A stretch of DNA of 58,124 bases, taken from Sphingomonadaceae bacterium. Lineage in GTDB: Bacteria; Pseudomonadota; Gammaproteobacteria; Burkholderiales; SG8-39. Position numbers and translations under genes: made by a program. The notes beneath the pieces are model-generated. The model saw only the letters and a list, made by a program, of their open reading frames with translations. It had not been told where the DNA came from and searched no databases. Numbering within the stretch: the stretch's first letter is position 1; each line of letters begins with the position of its first letter. This document shows positions 22,295-32,607 of this stretch, one piece after another. The stretch spans positions 1-58,124 of the forward strand of contig JBLMWT010000060.1 of NCBI GenBank assembly GCA_050257375.1, in the 5' to 3' direction.

Positions 22295-24781
22295 ATGACC
22301 ATGCTTGCAGTCGTGCTTGCCGCAATCGCCGCATTTTTGGTACTCGGCTTCTTCAGCCTTCCGCTCATCTGGTGGACCGCCGCAGGCGCCGCCCTCGCGA
22401 TCTGGCTCTCCGCCGCGGCCGCTTTTGGCCCGGCTGCGAATGCGATCGTCGCGGCGGTTTTCATTGCGCTCGCGGCGGTGCTGAATGTGCCGGCCTTGCG
22501 CCGCGCGTTGATCAGCGCCCCGTTGCTCGCGCTGTTCCGGCGCATCCTGCCGGACATGTCGCAGACGGAACGAGAGGCGATCGACGCCGGCACGGTGTGG
22601 TGGGACGGCGACCTGTTCTCGGGGCGGCCGCGCTGGGACCGGCTGCTCTCGACGCCGGCGCCCAAGCTCGCGCCCGAGGAGCAGGCCTTTCTCGACGGGC
22701 CATGCGAAGAGCTGTGCGCCCTGTGCGACGACTGGGAGATCACGCACGAGCGACAGGACCTGCCGCCGCACGTGTGGCAGTTCATCAAGGACAAGGGCTT
22801 CCTCGGCATGATCATTCCGAAGAAGTACGGCGGTCTCGGTTTCTCCGCGCTCGCGCATTCTGCGGTGGTGATGAAGCTCTCGACGCGCTCGAACGCTGCG
22901 GCGGTGACGGTGATGGTGCCGAATTCGCTCGGGCCGGCCGAGCTGCTGCTGCACTACGGTACCGAGGAGCAGAAGAACCACTACCTGCCGCGCCTCGCCA
23001 GGGGACAGGAAATCCCTTGCTTCGCGTTGACCAGCCCGGAGGCAGGATCGGATGCGGCGTCGATTCCGGACTACGGCATCGTGTGCAGGGGCAGCTACCA
23101 GGGCAAGGAAGTACTCGGCATGCGGGTGACCTGGGACAAGCGCTATATCACGCTCGGCCCGGTGGCCACGGTACTCGGGCTCGCCTTCAAGCTCTACGAC
23201 CCCGAGCGGCTGCTCGGCGGCGCGGAGGACCTCGGGATCACCTGCGCGCTCGTTCCGACCAGCCATCCCGGCGTCAATATCGGTCGCCGCCATCTGCCGT
23301 TGAACGCCGTGTTCCAGAATGGCCCCAACTGGGGCAAGGACGTGTTCATGCCGCTGGAGTGGATCATCGGAGGCAGGGACTACGCAGGCAAAGGCTGGAT
23401 GATGTTGATGAACAGCCTCGCGGCGGGGCGCTCGATTTCGCTTCCCAGCTCTTCGGTAGGCGGCGCCAAGGCGATGGCGCGCTACACCGGCGCATACGCA
23501 CGCGTGCGCAGCCAGTTCAAGACGCCGATCGGCAAGCTGGAAGGCGTGGAGGAAGCGCTGGGGCGCATCGCCGCGAATTGCTACATGATGGACGCGGCGC
23601 GCGTCATGACCGCAGGCGCGGTCGACGCCGGCGAGAAGCCGGCCGTCATTTCGGCGATCGTCAAGTACCACATGACCGAGCGCGTGCGCCGCGTCATCGA
23701 TGACGCAATGGATGTCCACGGCGGCAAGGGCATCTGCCTCGGTCCCAGCAACTGGATCGGGCGCGGCTACCAGGTCGTCCCCGTCGGCATCACCGTGGAA
23801 GGCGCCAACATCCTCACCCGGAGCCTCATCATCTTCGGACAAGGCGTGATTCGCTGCCACCCCTACGTCCTGCGCGAGATGCGCGCCGCCAAGGATATGA
23901 ACGGCGCGCAGGCCGTGCGCGAATTCGACGACGCTTTCACCGCGCACGTCGGCCACGTCATTTCTAGCGGCGTGCGCGCCTTCGTGCTCGGGCTGAGCGG
24001 GGCGCGGCTGGAAGCGGCGCCCGCGGCGGCGGCTCCCGAGACGGCGCGCTACTACCAGCGCGCGTCGCAGCTCTCAGCCGCCTTTGCGTTTCTCGCCGAC
24101 ATGTCGATGCTGGCGCTGGGCGGGGCCCTGAAGCGCAAGGAAAAGCTCTCGGCGCGCCTGGGCGACGTGCTGTCGATGATGTACCTGGTGTCGGCCACGC
24201 TGAAACGCTACGAGGAGCAGGGGCGCCTGAAGGACGACCTGCCGCTCGTGCACTGGGCAGTGCGCGACGCGTTGTGGCAGGCGCAGCAGGCGATCGACGC
24301 GGTGTACGCGAACTTCCCGGTCAAGCCGCTGCGCTGGCTGCTGCGCTGGGTCGTATTCCCGCTCGGCACGCCGTTCCGGCCGGCCAAGGACAGCCACAAT
24401 CACGAGTGCGCTCGACTGCTGCTTGAGCCCGGCGCGGCGCGTGACCGCCTGACTGCGGGCATGTACGTACCGCACGATCAGTCTGACGCAACCGGCATCC
24501 TGGAAGCCGCTTTACGCGCTTCGATCGCCTGCGAGCCGATCGAAAGGAAGATCCGCGAAGCCGCGCGCGGGGGCAGGCTGCGGCCGAGCCCGGGTGCGGA
24601 CCTCGCGGCGCTGGCCCAGGCGCAAGGGGTTATCGGCGCCGACGAGCTCGCGCTGTGGCAGGCGAAGGAAGCGCTGCGCAAGGACGTTATCAAGGTCGAC
24701 GATTTCGCGCAGGACTTCGGCCGCGCCGAGATCATGGACAAGCTCGCCCAGGAAACCCCGTTGAAGGCAAAGGCCGCCTGA
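22295..24781 (+). CDS. fadE: acyl-CoA dehydrogenase FadE (large membrane-anchored type)
   Basis: It matches remembered E. coli FadE along its whole length (MSQTEREAIDAGTVWWDGDLF, YLPRLARGQEIPCFALTSPEAGSDA, TVEGANILTRSLIIFGQG). The start could be 22295 or 22301. Confidence 0.92.
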   Translation: MTMLAVVLAAIAAFLVLGFFSLPLIWWTAAGAALAIWLSAAAAFGPAANAIVAAVFIALAAVLNVPALRRALISAPLLALFRRILPDMSQTEREAIDAGTVWWDGDLFSGRPRWDRLLSTPAPKLAPEEQAFLDGPCEELCALCDDWEITHERQDLPPHVWQFIKDKGFLGMIIPKKYGGLGFSALAHSAVVMKLSTRSNAAAVTVMVPNSLGPAELLLHYGTEEQKNHYLPRLARGQEIPCFALTSPEAGSDAASIPDYGIVCRGSYQGKEVLGMRVTWDKRYITLGPVATVLGLAFKLYDPERLLGGAEDLGITCALVPTSHPGVNIGRRHLPLNAVFQNGPNWGKDVFMPLEWIIGGRDYAGKGWMMLMNSLAAGRSISLPSSSVGGAKAMARYTGAYARVRSQFKTPIGKLEGVEEALGRIAANCYMMDAARVMTAGAVDAGEKPAVISAIVKYHMTERVRRVIDDAMDVHGGKGICLGPSNWIGRGYQVVPVGITVEGANILTRSLIIFGQGVIRCHPYVLREMRAAKDMNGAQAVREFDDAFTAHVGHVISSGVRAFVLGLSGARLEAAPAAAAPETARYYQRASQLSAAFAFLADMSMLALGGALKRKEKLSARLGDVLSMMYLVSATLKRYEEQGRLKDDLPLVHWAVRDALWQAQQAIDAVYANFPVKPLRWLLRWVVFPLGTPFRPAKDSHNHECARLLLEPGAARDRLTAGMYVPHDQSDATGILEAALRASIACEPIERKIREAARGGRLRPSPGADLAALAQAQGVIGADELALWQAKEALRKDVIKVDDFAQDFGRAEIMDKLAQETPLKAKAA

Positions 24782-24783
24782 CG

Positions 24784-26082
24784 ATGTTCGCCAAACCCAT
24801 CTACATCGTGGACGGCGCCCGCTCGCCGTTCCTCAAAGCGAAAAACCGTCCCGGGGCGTTCGCGGCCGGGGATCTCGCAACGCAGGCGGGGCGCGCGCTG
24901 CTCGCGCGGCAGCGCTTCGAGCCGAGCGAACTGGACGAGGTGATCCTGGGCTGCGCCGCGCCATCGGTGGACGAAGTGAACATCGGCCGCGTGGTGGCAC
25001 TGCGCATGGGTTGCGGACAGAAGGTTCCCGGGTGGACCGTGATGCGCAACTGCGCCTCGGGAATGCAGGCGCTCGACTCGGGCATCAACAACATCCTCGC
25101 GGGCCGCTCCCACCTTGTGCTCGCAGGCGGCGTGGACGCGCTGTCGCGCGCGCCGCTGCTCTACGCCGACGCGATGGTGAACTGGTTCGCCGACATGGCG
25201 GCGGCGAAGACCGCCGGCCAGAAGGCAGCCCTGTTCGCGCGCTTGCCGCTCAAGTCGCTGCTCGCGCCGGTGATCGGCATCATGAAGGGGCTCACCGACC
25301 CGACGGTCGGCCTGCTGATGGGTCAAACCGCCGAGAATCTCGCCTACCGCTTCGGCATCACGCGCGAGCAGATGGACGAGTACTCGGTGCGCAGCCACCA
25401 GAGGGTCGCCGCGGCGCAGGATGCGGGCTACCTCGTTGCGGGCGGCGGCGAAATCGAGGCGCTCTACGACCGCGACGGCCACGCCTACCCGCTGGACGAC
25501 GGTGTGCGGCGCGACGCCTCGCTCGAGCGGCTGGCGAAGCTCAAGCCGTTCTTCGATCGCAAGTACGGCAACGTGACCCCGGGAAACAGCTCGCAGATCA
25601 CCGACGGCGCCGCATGGCTGATTCTCGCCTCCGAGGACGCGGTGCATCGGCACGGCCTCCGACCCGCGGGGCGCATCGTCGATTCCGAGTGGGCCGGCCT
25701 CGATCCCGCGCAGATGGGCTTGGGCCCGGTGCACGCCGCCACGCCGATCCTCAAGCGCCACGGCCTGGCACTGAACGATCTCGACTACTGGGAGATCAAC
25801 GAGGCGTTCGCCGCGCAGGTGCTCGCCTGCCTCGCGGCGTGGAAGGACGAAGCCTACTGCCGCGACGTGCTCGGCCTGCCGGGCGCGCTCGGCGAGCTGA
25901 ACATGGCGAAGCTTAATGTAGACGGCGGCGCAGTCGCGCTCGGCCATCCCGTCGGGGCCTCGGGCGCGCGCATCGTGCTGCATCTGTTGAGGACGCTCGA
26001 GCGCAACAAGGCCAAGCGCGGCATCGCCGCGATCTGCATCGGCGGCGGGCTCGGCGGCGCCATGCTGGTGGAGGCGCTGTGA
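24784..26082 (+). CDS. acetyl-CoA C-acyltransferase (3-ketoacyl-CoA thiolase, FadA/FadI-like)
   Basis: The ATG at 24784 is in frame with ORF 24655..26082. It has the thiolase Cys motif RNCASGMQA and the C-terminal ICIGGGLGGA. Confidence 0.9.
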   Translation: MFAKPIYIVDGARSPFLKAKNRPGAFAAGDLATQAGRALLARQRFEPSELDEVILGCAAPSVDEVNIGRVVALRMGCGQKVPGWTVMRNCASGMQALDSGINNILAGRSHLVLAGGVDALSRAPLLYADAMVNWFADMAAAKTAGQKAALFARLPLKSLLAPVIGIMKGLTDPTVGLLMGQTAENLAYRFGITREQMDEYSVRSHQRVAAAQDAGYLVAGGGEIEALYDRDGHAYPLDDGVRRDASLERLAKLKPFFDRKYGNVTPGNSSQITDGAAWLILASEDAVHRHGLRPAGRIVDSEWAGLDPAQMGLGPVHAATPILKRHGLALNDLDYWEINEAFAAQVLACLAAWKDEAYCRDVLGLPGALGELNMAKLNVDGGAVALGHPVGASGARIVLHLLRTLERNKAKRGIAAICIGGGLGGAMLVEAL

Positions 26083-28010
26083 AGCACTGGCGTCACGAGC
26101 AGGACCGCGACGGGCTCGTCTGGCTGACCTTTGACAAGCAGGGCGAATCGACCAACACATTCTCGCGCGAGGCGCTCGAAGAGTTCGGCGCCGCGCTGGA
26201 CGAGGCCGCCGCGGCGCATCCCAAGGGCCTGATCATCCGCTCGGCGAAGGAAAACTACATCGCCGGCGCCGACGTGAACGAGTTCGTGAATTTCAAGTCG
26301 ACCGACGAGGCGGTCACTTTCACGCGCCTCGGCTGGGACACGATGAGCAAGCTGCGCGCGCTGCCCTTCTCCACGACCGCGATGATCAACGGTTTTTGCA
26401 TGGGGGGTGGCCTGGAAATGGCGCTCGCCTGCAGACACCGCGTCGTGCTGGACGATCCCAGAACCCGCCTTGCTTTCCCGGAGGTGATGCTGGGCATCTG
26501 GCCGTTCTGGCACGGACTGCAGTGGCTGCCGAAGCTGGTCGGCCCCGCCGCCGCCATGGACATGCTGCTCACCGGGCGCACGGTCGACGCGCGCCGCGCG
26601 AAACGTATCGGCCTGGCCGACGAAGCGGTTCCATTGCGGATCCTGCAGAACACCGCGCGCATGGTGACGCTCGCCGACCGCCCGCGACGCCGCCCGCCGC
26701 TCGCGCAACGCCTGCTCCTGACGCCGCCGGGCCGCCGACTCGTGGCGGCACAAGCGCGCAAGAAGGTCGCGAGACGCGCGCGCCGCGACCATTACCCGGC
26801 GCCGTACGCGATCCTGGACGCGTGGCTCAAGTACGACGGCGACCCTTTTATTGCCCCCGACGATCCCACCTGCTCGATCAAGGCGCTCTCGGAGCACCCC
26901 ACGACGCGCAATCTCATCAGGGTGTTCTTCCTCCAGGAAAGGCTCAAGAGTGCCGGCAAGGGCTCGGATTTTGCCGCCGCGCGCGTGCACATCGTCGGGG
27001 CCGGAGTGATGGGTGGCGATATCGCGGCGCTGTGCGCGATGCGCGGCCTGCGCGTCACGCTGCAGGATACCTCGCCCGAGCGCATCGCGCCGGCGATCAA
27101 GCGCGCCGCACGGCTATTCGAGCGGCGTCTGCGTGACAGGCGCCGCGTGCGCGATGCGCTCGATCGCCTCGTGCCGGACGTCGCGGGACTCGGCGCGGCG
27201 CATGCCGATGTGATCATCGAGGCGATTTTCGAGAACCTCGAGGCCAAGCGCGAGCTGTTCGCGCGGCTCGAGCGCATCGCAAAGCCGGGGGCGATTCTCG
27301 CCTCCAATACCTCGAGCCTCAAGCTCGCGGATATCGCGACATCCCTCGAGAACCCCGCCCGGCTGATCGGCATCCACTTCTTCAATCCGGTTCCGCAGAT
27401 GATGCTGGTGGAAGTCGTTTCGGGCGAGCGGACCGATGCGGCGTTCGCGGCGCGCGCCGCCGCATTCGTGCGCCAGATTGACAAGCTGCCGCTCCCGGTC
27501 AAGGATTCTCCGGGGTTTCTGGTCAACCGAGTCCTCGGCCCGTACATGCAGAAGGCGTTTCGCATGCTCGATGAAGGCGTCCCGCCCGAGACCATCGACG
27601 CGGCGATGGAAGCGTTCGGCATGCCGATGGGACCGATCGAGCTCGCCGACACGGTCGGGCTCGACATCTGCCTCGCCGCGGGCAAAGAGTTGGCGAAGAA
27701 GGGCGCCGGCGGCGAAGCCGAGGCGCCCAAGGTGCTGCTCGACAAGGTTGCGCTCGGCCAGCTCGGCAAGAAGACTGGCCACGGCATCTACCGCTACGAA
27801 AAAGGCAGGCCGGCGAAGGGCTCGGCGGGCGCGGTCACGCCAGAGCTCACCGAATCGCTCATCGAACCGTACCTCGCCGAGGCTCGCGCGGTACGCGCCG
27901 AAGGCATCGTCGCCGACGCCGATCTGATCGACGCCGGTCTCATATTCGGCACCGGCTTCGCTCCGTTCCGCGGAGGTCCGCTGCACTACCTCGCGGAGAA
28001 GAATCGGTAG
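26079..28010 (+). CDS. fused enoyl-CoA hydratase / 3-hydroxyacyl-CoA dehydrogenase (FadB/FadJ-like)
   Basis: The GTG start overlaps the thiolase stop. It has an N-terminal crotonase fold (GFCMGGGLEMALAC) followed by an NAD domain (VGAGVMGGDIA). Confidence 0.9.
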   Translation: MKHWRHEQDRDGLVWLTFDKQGESTNTFSREALEEFGAALDEAAAAHPKGLIIRSAKENYIAGADVNEFVNFKSTDEAVTFTRLGWDTMSKLRALPFSTTAMINGFCMGGGLEMALACRHRVVLDDPRTRLAFPEVMLGIWPFWHGLQWLPKLVGPAAAMDMLLTGRTVDARRAKRIGLADEAVPLRILQNTARMVTLADRPRRRPPLAQRLLLTPPGRRLVAAQARKKVARRARRDHYPAPYAILDAWLKYDGDPFIAPDDPTCSIKALSEHPTTRNLIRVFFLQERLKSAGKGSDFAAARVHIVGAGVMGGDIAALCAMRGLRVTLQDTSPERIAPAIKRAARLFERRLRDRRRVRDALDRLVPDVAGLGAAHADVIIEAIFENLEAKRELFARLERIAKPGAILASNTSSLKLADIATSLENPARLIGIHFFNPVPQMMLVEVVSGERTDAAFAARAAAFVRQIDKLPLPVKDSPGFLVNRVLGPYMQKAFRMLDEGVPPETIDAAMEAFGMPMGPIELADTVGLDICLAAGKELAKKGAGGEAEAPKVLLDKVALGQLGKKTGHGIYRYEKGRPAKGSAGAVTPELTESLIEPYLAEARAVRAEGIVADADLIDAGLIFGTGFAPFRGGPLHYLAEKNR

Positions 28011-28421
28011 ATGGGTAAAGCCTCGCACCAGCCGCCCGGCCTGAAGCTGCCGAGAGGTAAGGTGCCCGCGCTGCGCGTGGTACCGATGCCGGCGGACGCC
28101 AACCACAACGGCGACATCTTCGGGGGCTGGATCATGTCGCAGGTCGACGTCGCTGGCGGAACTGTGGCGGGCCGCGTGGCGCGCGGCCGCGTTGCCACCG
28201 TGGCGGTGAACTCGTTCGTGTTCAAGCAGCCGGTGCAGATCGGAGACGTGCTTTCCTTCTACGCCGACGTGGTGCGCATCGGCACGACGTCGATCACCGT
28301 GAACGTGGAAGTGTTCGCCGAGCGCCGTCCGGCAGACCCCAAGGTGGTGAAGGTGACCGAAGCGACGCTCACCTACGTCGCCATCGATCAGCAGGGAATG
28401 CCGCGTCCCGTCCCCAAGTGA
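28011..28421 (+). CDS. acyl-CoA thioesterase, hotdog fold (YciA-like)
   Basis: 136 aa, with PADANHNGDIFGGWIMSQVD. The ATG immediately follows the upstream TAG. Confidence 0.8.
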   Translation: MGKASHQPPGLKLPRGKVPALRVVPMPADANHNGDIFGGWIMSQVDVAGGTVAGRVARGRVATVAVNSFVFKQPVQIGDVLSFYADVVRIGTTSITVNVEVFAERRPADPKVVKVTEATLTYVAIDQQGMPRPVPK

Positions 28422-29269
28422 TCCACGAAGAGCGGGTCGAATTCCCCGCACGCGACGGCCTGGCGCTCAGTGGCACCCTGTTCCGCCCTGCGTCTCCCGC
28501 GGGCCGCGCGCTTCAGATCCAGGCGGCCGCCGGCGTCCCGCAGCAGTACTACGCCAAGTTCGCCGCATTTCTCGCCGGGCGCGGCTTCACGGTGCTCAGC
28601 TTCGACTACCGCGGCATCGGCCGCTCGCGTCCGGCGCAGCTGCGCGGCATGCGGGCGCGCATGCGCGATTGGCCGCTGCTCGATGCGGCCGGCGCGCTCG
28701 ACTTCCTCGAGCGCGCGGCGCCAGGCGAACGCTTGATGGTCGTGGGCCATAGCATCGGCGGCGTGTCGACCGCGCTCCTGCCGCAGGCGGCGCGGCTCGC
28801 CGCCGTGCTCATGGTTGGCGCGCAGTCAGGCTACTGGCGCAACTGGCCGCCGCTGCACCGCCCAGGAATCTGGCTCGCGGTCCACGTGGCCATTCCACTG
28901 CTGCCGAGGATCGTGGGCTATCTGCCCTCGTCGCGCCTCGGCTTCGGCGAAGACCTGCCCAAGGGCGTCGCGCTCGAGTGGGCGCGCTGGTGCCGGCATC
29001 CGCGTTACCTGGCCGGCGCGCTCAGCGCCGGCGAAGCCTTCGCCCGCTTCGCCGCGCCGCTGCGCGCCTACGTCGCCGACGATGACGCCTTCGCGCCGCC
29101 GCGCGCGGCCGCGGCGTTGCTCGAACTGTATTCCGGGGCACGCGCCGAACTGCGCGCGATCAGTCCGCGCGACGTGGGCGTCGACAGGATCGGCCACTTC
29201 GGGTTCTTCCGCGAGCGCTTCCGCGAGACGCTGTGGCGCGAGGCCGCCGACTGGCTCGCGCGGCAGTGA
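28418..29269 (+). CDS. alpha/beta hydrolase (Ser nucleophile)
   Basis: It has a GTG start overlapping the upstream stop, a GHSIGG elbow and a C-terminal IGHFGFF. Confidence 0.75.
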   Translation: MIHEERVEFPARDGLALSGTLFRPASPAGRALQIQAAAGVPQQYYAKFAAFLAGRGFTVLSFDYRGIGRSRPAQLRGMRARMRDWPLLDAAGALDFLERAAPGERLMVVGHSIGGVSTALLPQAARLAAVLMVGAQSGYWRNWPPLHRPGIWLAVHVAIPLLPRIVGYLPSSRLGFGEDLPKGVALEWARWCRHPRYLAGALSAGEAFARFAAPLRAYVADDDAFAPPRAAAALLELYSGARAELRAISPRDVGVDRIGHFGFFRERFRETLWREAADWLARQ

Positions 29270-30153
29270 CCACTCCAATACAAGGCCTGCGCACGCTGGC
29301 GGTGGCCGACGGCGCGCGCATCGCCTACGCGCGCTCAGGTGCGCCCGGCGCTGCGCGTGCGCTGGTGCTGGTGCACGGCGTCGCCAGCAACATGAGCCGC
29401 TGGTCGGAATTCGTGGGCCAGACCGCGCTCGGCGACTCGTGGGCGCTGCTGCGCCTGGACCTTCGTGGCCAGGGGCGCTCCGTCCACCGGGGACGTATCG
29501 GCATGGCCGAGTGGTGTGCCGATCTCGCCGCGATTCTTCGCGCCGAAGGTATCGCGCGCGCCGTCGTCGTCGGGCATTGTCTGGGCGCGAATATCGCGCT
29601 GCAGTTCGCGGCGCGCAGCCCTGCGCTCACCGCGGGCCTGGTCCTGGTCGAGCCGATGCCGCCGGGGGCGCTCGCCGGCAACATGCGGCGCATCGCGCAC
29701 CTTCGACCGCTACTCGTCGCCCTCGGCTGGCTGACGCGTGCGCTGAACGCGTTCGGACTCCGCCGTCGCCATCTGGCAGAACTGGATCTCGAGCAGCTCG
29801 ATCGAGAGACCCGCGCCGCGCTCGCGGCCGGCCCGGGCGGCGAAGCGCTGCTCGCGCGCTACGCCTCGCCGTTCGCGGACCTGCGCAGCACCGCCACCGG
29901 TGCCTACTTGCAGGCTTTGACCGCGGTCACTGCTTCCTGGCCAGACCTCGAGGGCATCGCCGCGCCAGTGCTCGCGCTCATTTCGGCGCGCAGCAGCTTC
30001 ACGGACCCGCAGCAGACGCGCGCGGCGCTCGGCGCGCTACCTGAGTGCGAAATCGTCGAGCTCGACGCGCGCCACTGGATTCCCACCGAGCAGCCGCAGG
30101 CGATGCGCGCGGCGATCGAGGTCTGGGTGGCGCGCGAGTTTGCGCACGACTAG
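29266..30153 (+). CDS. alpha/beta-fold hydrolase with a Cys at the nucleophile elbow (GHCLG)
   Basis: GTG at 29266 forms a GTGA overlap with the upstream stop. The HGVASN oxyanion region, VVVGHCLGANIALQFA (TGT codon at 29578..29580) and a distal ARHWIPTEQP histidine motif are present. Confidence 0.75.
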   Translation: MTTPIQGLRTLAVADGARIAYARSGAPGAARALVLVHGVASNMSRWSEFVGQTALGDSWALLRLDLRGQGRSVHRGRIGMAEWCADLAAILRAEGIARAVVVGHCLGANIALQFAARSPALTAGLVLVEPMPPGALAGNMRRIAHLRPLLVALGWLTRALNAFGLRRRHLAELDLEQLDRETRAALAAGPGGEALLARYASPFADLRSTATGAYLQALTAVTASWPDLEGIAAPVLALISARSSFTDPQQTRAALGALPECEIVELDARHWIPTEQPQAMRAAIEVWVAREFAHD

Positions 30154-30794
30154 GCGCCCGCGAGGCCCGGGAGCAGCTTCACGAGTCCCGACGCCATGAT
30201 CTGGATGGCGAGCGCGGCGAGCAGAAGCCCGAGCAGGCGCGTGGCGATGTTCAGGCCTGTCGTGCCCATGCGCGGCGCGAGCGCATGCGCGAAGCGGAGT
30301 ACCGCCCACAGCACGGCGCACACCAGCGCGATGCACAGGATCATCACGACCAGATGCACCAGGCCGTGCGCCTGCGCCGCGATGATGGTGGTGCCGATCG
30401 CCCCGGGGCCCGCGAGCAGCGGCACCGCGAGCGGCACGACTCCGGACAGTTCCCCGGCCTCCAGCTCCTCGGCTTCGGCCTCGGACTGCCGCACGCCGCC
30501 CGCACGCGCGTTCAGCATGGCGAGCGCCATGAGCAACAGCACGAGCCCGCCTCCGACGCTGAATGCCGGCAGGCTCGCGCCGATCAGATGTAGCAGCGCC
30601 TCGCCAAACAGCGCCGACCCGGCGAGGACACCAAAAACGGTGAACGTGACGACGCGCGCCAGCGCGATTCGCTCCGCATCCGAGCGCGAGGCCGTAATTC
30701 CGACGAAGATAGGCACCGCGAGGAAAGGGTCTAGCACCGCCGTAAGCGTGACGACAAAGCGCAGATATTCGCCGAGCGGCGCGAGCTCCTGCAT
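30150..30794 (-). CDS. MarC/UPF0056-family integral membrane protein
   Basis: 214 aa with six TM segments. The motif TAVLDPFLAVPIF is typical of the MarC family. Confidence 0.78.
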   Translation of the reverse strand: MQELAPLGEYLRFVVTLTAVLDPFLAVPIFVGITASRSDAERIALARVVTFTVFGVLAGSALFGEALLHLIGASLPAFSVGGGLVLLLMALAMLNARAGGVRQSEAEAEELEAGELSGVVPLAVPLLAGPGAIGTTIIAAQAHGLVHLVVMILCIALVCAVLWAVLRFAHALAPRMGTTGLNIATRLLGLLLAALAIQIMASGLVKLLPGLAGA

Positions 30795-30803
30795 GTGGCG
30801 CGC

Positions 30804-31457
30804 CTACTTTTTCGCGCGCGCCGCCATCGCCTCGACGGCGGCCTTGCGGTCGGCGCTCACCCTGGCAAACGTGGGGCGCTCGCCCAGCATCTTGAGGTAG
30901 GCCTTGACCGGGAATTCCTCGAGAAAGTCGCGCCCGAAGGCCATCTTGCCGATCATCGATACGAGCGGAAGGTGCACGTAGGCCGCGCAGTCGGCCAGCG
31001 TCAGATCCTTTCCAGCGACGTACGGGTCGAATTTGGCGCGCGTCGCAAAGCCGCGAACGCCTTTGGCGAGATCGCGCTCGACCTCCTTCTTGGTCTCGTC
31101 CGATACCTTGCCTCCGAAGAAGTACTCCTTGTACAGCCGCCGCGCGACGAGCTCCATGTGCAGCTCGATGTACTGGATGAGCTCGCGCACCTTCGCTTTG
31201 GCGAGAGGGTCCGCAGGGTAAAGCGGCTTCTCGCGGTGCGTGTCTTCGAGATACTCGCAGATCACCTGCGACTCCGTGAGCACTGCGCCGTTCACTTCCA
31301 CGAACGGCACCTTGCCGAGCGGCGAGCGGGCCAGAAACTCGTCCTTCTGCGAGGGCGCGCAGCTCGCGTCCTCCTCGAACGCGATGCCCTTCTCGAGCAG
31401 CGCGAGGCGCACCTTGTTGTGGTAGTTGCTGACGTGGAAACCGCACAGCTTGAGCAT
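30804..31457 (-). CDS. glutathione S-transferase
   Basis: It has an N-terminal thioredoxin-like GST fold (MLKLCGFHVSNYHNKVRLALLEKGI, PLGKVPFVE) and a C-terminal helical domain. Confidence 0.8.
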   Translation of the reverse strand: MLKLCGFHVSNYHNKVRLALLEKGIAFEEDASCAPSQKDEFLARSPLGKVPFVEVNGAVLTESQVICEYLEDTHREKPLYPADPLAKAKVRELIQYIELHMELVARRLYKEYFFGGKVSDETKKEVERDLAKGVRGFATRAKFDPYVAGKDLTLADCAAYVHLPLVSMIGKMAFGRDFLEEFPVKAYLKMLGERPTFARVSADRKAAVEAMAARAKK

Positions 31458-31493
31458 GAGTTCTCCTGAGTTCGATGCAAGTGAAATCGCCGG

Positions 31494-32597
31494 TCAGAGC
31501 AAGCTGTCCGCCGGCGTATAGGCAAGGCCGAGCGCTTCGGCCACCGCGCGGTGCGCAAGCTTGCCGCGCGCCACGTTCAGCCCGTTGCGCAGGTGCTCGT
31601 CCTCGGCGAGCGCGCGTCGCCAGCCCTTGTCGGCCAGGGTGAGCACGAAGGGTAACGTGGCGTTGTTGAGCGCGTAAGTCGAAGTGCGCGGCACGGCGCC
31701 CGGCATGTTCGCGACGCAGTAGTGCACCACTCCGTCGACCATGTAAGTCGGGTCGGCGTGCGTCGTCGGACGCGAGGTTTCGAAGCAGCCGCCCTGGTCG
31801 ATCGAGACGTCTATCAGCGCCGCACCCGGCTTCATGCGGCGGAGCAGAGCGCGCGTCACGAGCTTGGGCGCCGCCGCGCCGGGTACGAGCACCGCGCCGA
31901 TCACCAGGTCGGCGGACACGACGTGCTGCTCGATCGCGTCACGGCTCGAATACACGGTCACCACGCGAGCGCCGAATTCACTTTCGATCCTGCGCAGTGC
32001 GTCGACCGAACGGTCGAGAGCGAACACACGCGCGCCCGACCCGACCGCGATGCGTGCCGCATTCGAGCCCACGACACCCGCACCGAGGATCGTGATCTTC
32101 CCGGCTGGCACGCCCGGCACGCCGGCGAGCAGCGTGCCCATGCCGCCGCGCTCCTTCTCCAAGCAGCCGGCGCCGACCTGGATCGACATGCGTCCCGCGA
32201 CCTCCGACATCGGCGCGAGCAATGGCAGGCCGCCGCCGGGGCGCGTCACGGTCTCGTAGGCGATACAGGTTGCACCCGATGCGAGCAGATCGCGCGCCTG
32301 CTCCGGATCGGGTGCCAAGTGCAGATAGGTGAACAGCACCTGGTCGGCGCGCAGCCTCTTGCGCTCGGCGGGCTGGGGCTCCTTTACCTTGACGACGAGC
32401 TCGCTGCCGGCGAACGCATCCTCCACGATCGTCGCGCCCGCGCGCTCGTAGGCCGCGTCTGTGGCGCCGATTCCCTCCCCCGCTCCGCGCTCGACCAGCA
32501 CCTCGTGGCCGTGCGCGATCAACTCGCGCGCCGAGGTCGGTGTCAGGCCGACGCGGTGCTCTTCGACCTTTATCTCGCGCGGGACGCCGACACGCAT
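31494..32597 (-). CDS. ald: alanine dehydrogenase
   Basis: The start [20 protein letters not shown] at 32597 is in frame with ORF 31494..32768. It has [12 protein letters not shown] (NAD binding) and [13 protein letters not shown]. Confidence 0.9.
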   Translation of the reverse strand: MRVGVPREIKVEEHRVGLTPTSARELIAHGHEVLVERGAGEGIGATDAAYERAGATIVEDAFAGSELVVKVKEPQPAERKRLRADQVLFTYLHLAPDPEQARDLLASGATCIAYETVTRPGGGLPLLAPMSEVAGRMSIQVGAGCLEKERGGMGTLLAGVPGVPAGKITILGAGVVGSNAARIAVGSGARVFALDRSVDALRRIESEFGARVVTVYSSRDAIEQHVVSADLVIGAVLVPGAAAPKLVTRALLRRMKPGAALIDVSIDQGGCFETSRPTTHADPTYMVDGVVHYCVANMPGAVPRTSTYALNNATLPFVLTLADKGWRRALAEDEHLRNGLNVARGKLAHRAVAEALGLAYTPADSLL

Positions 32598-32607
32598 CGC
32601 GCTACTT

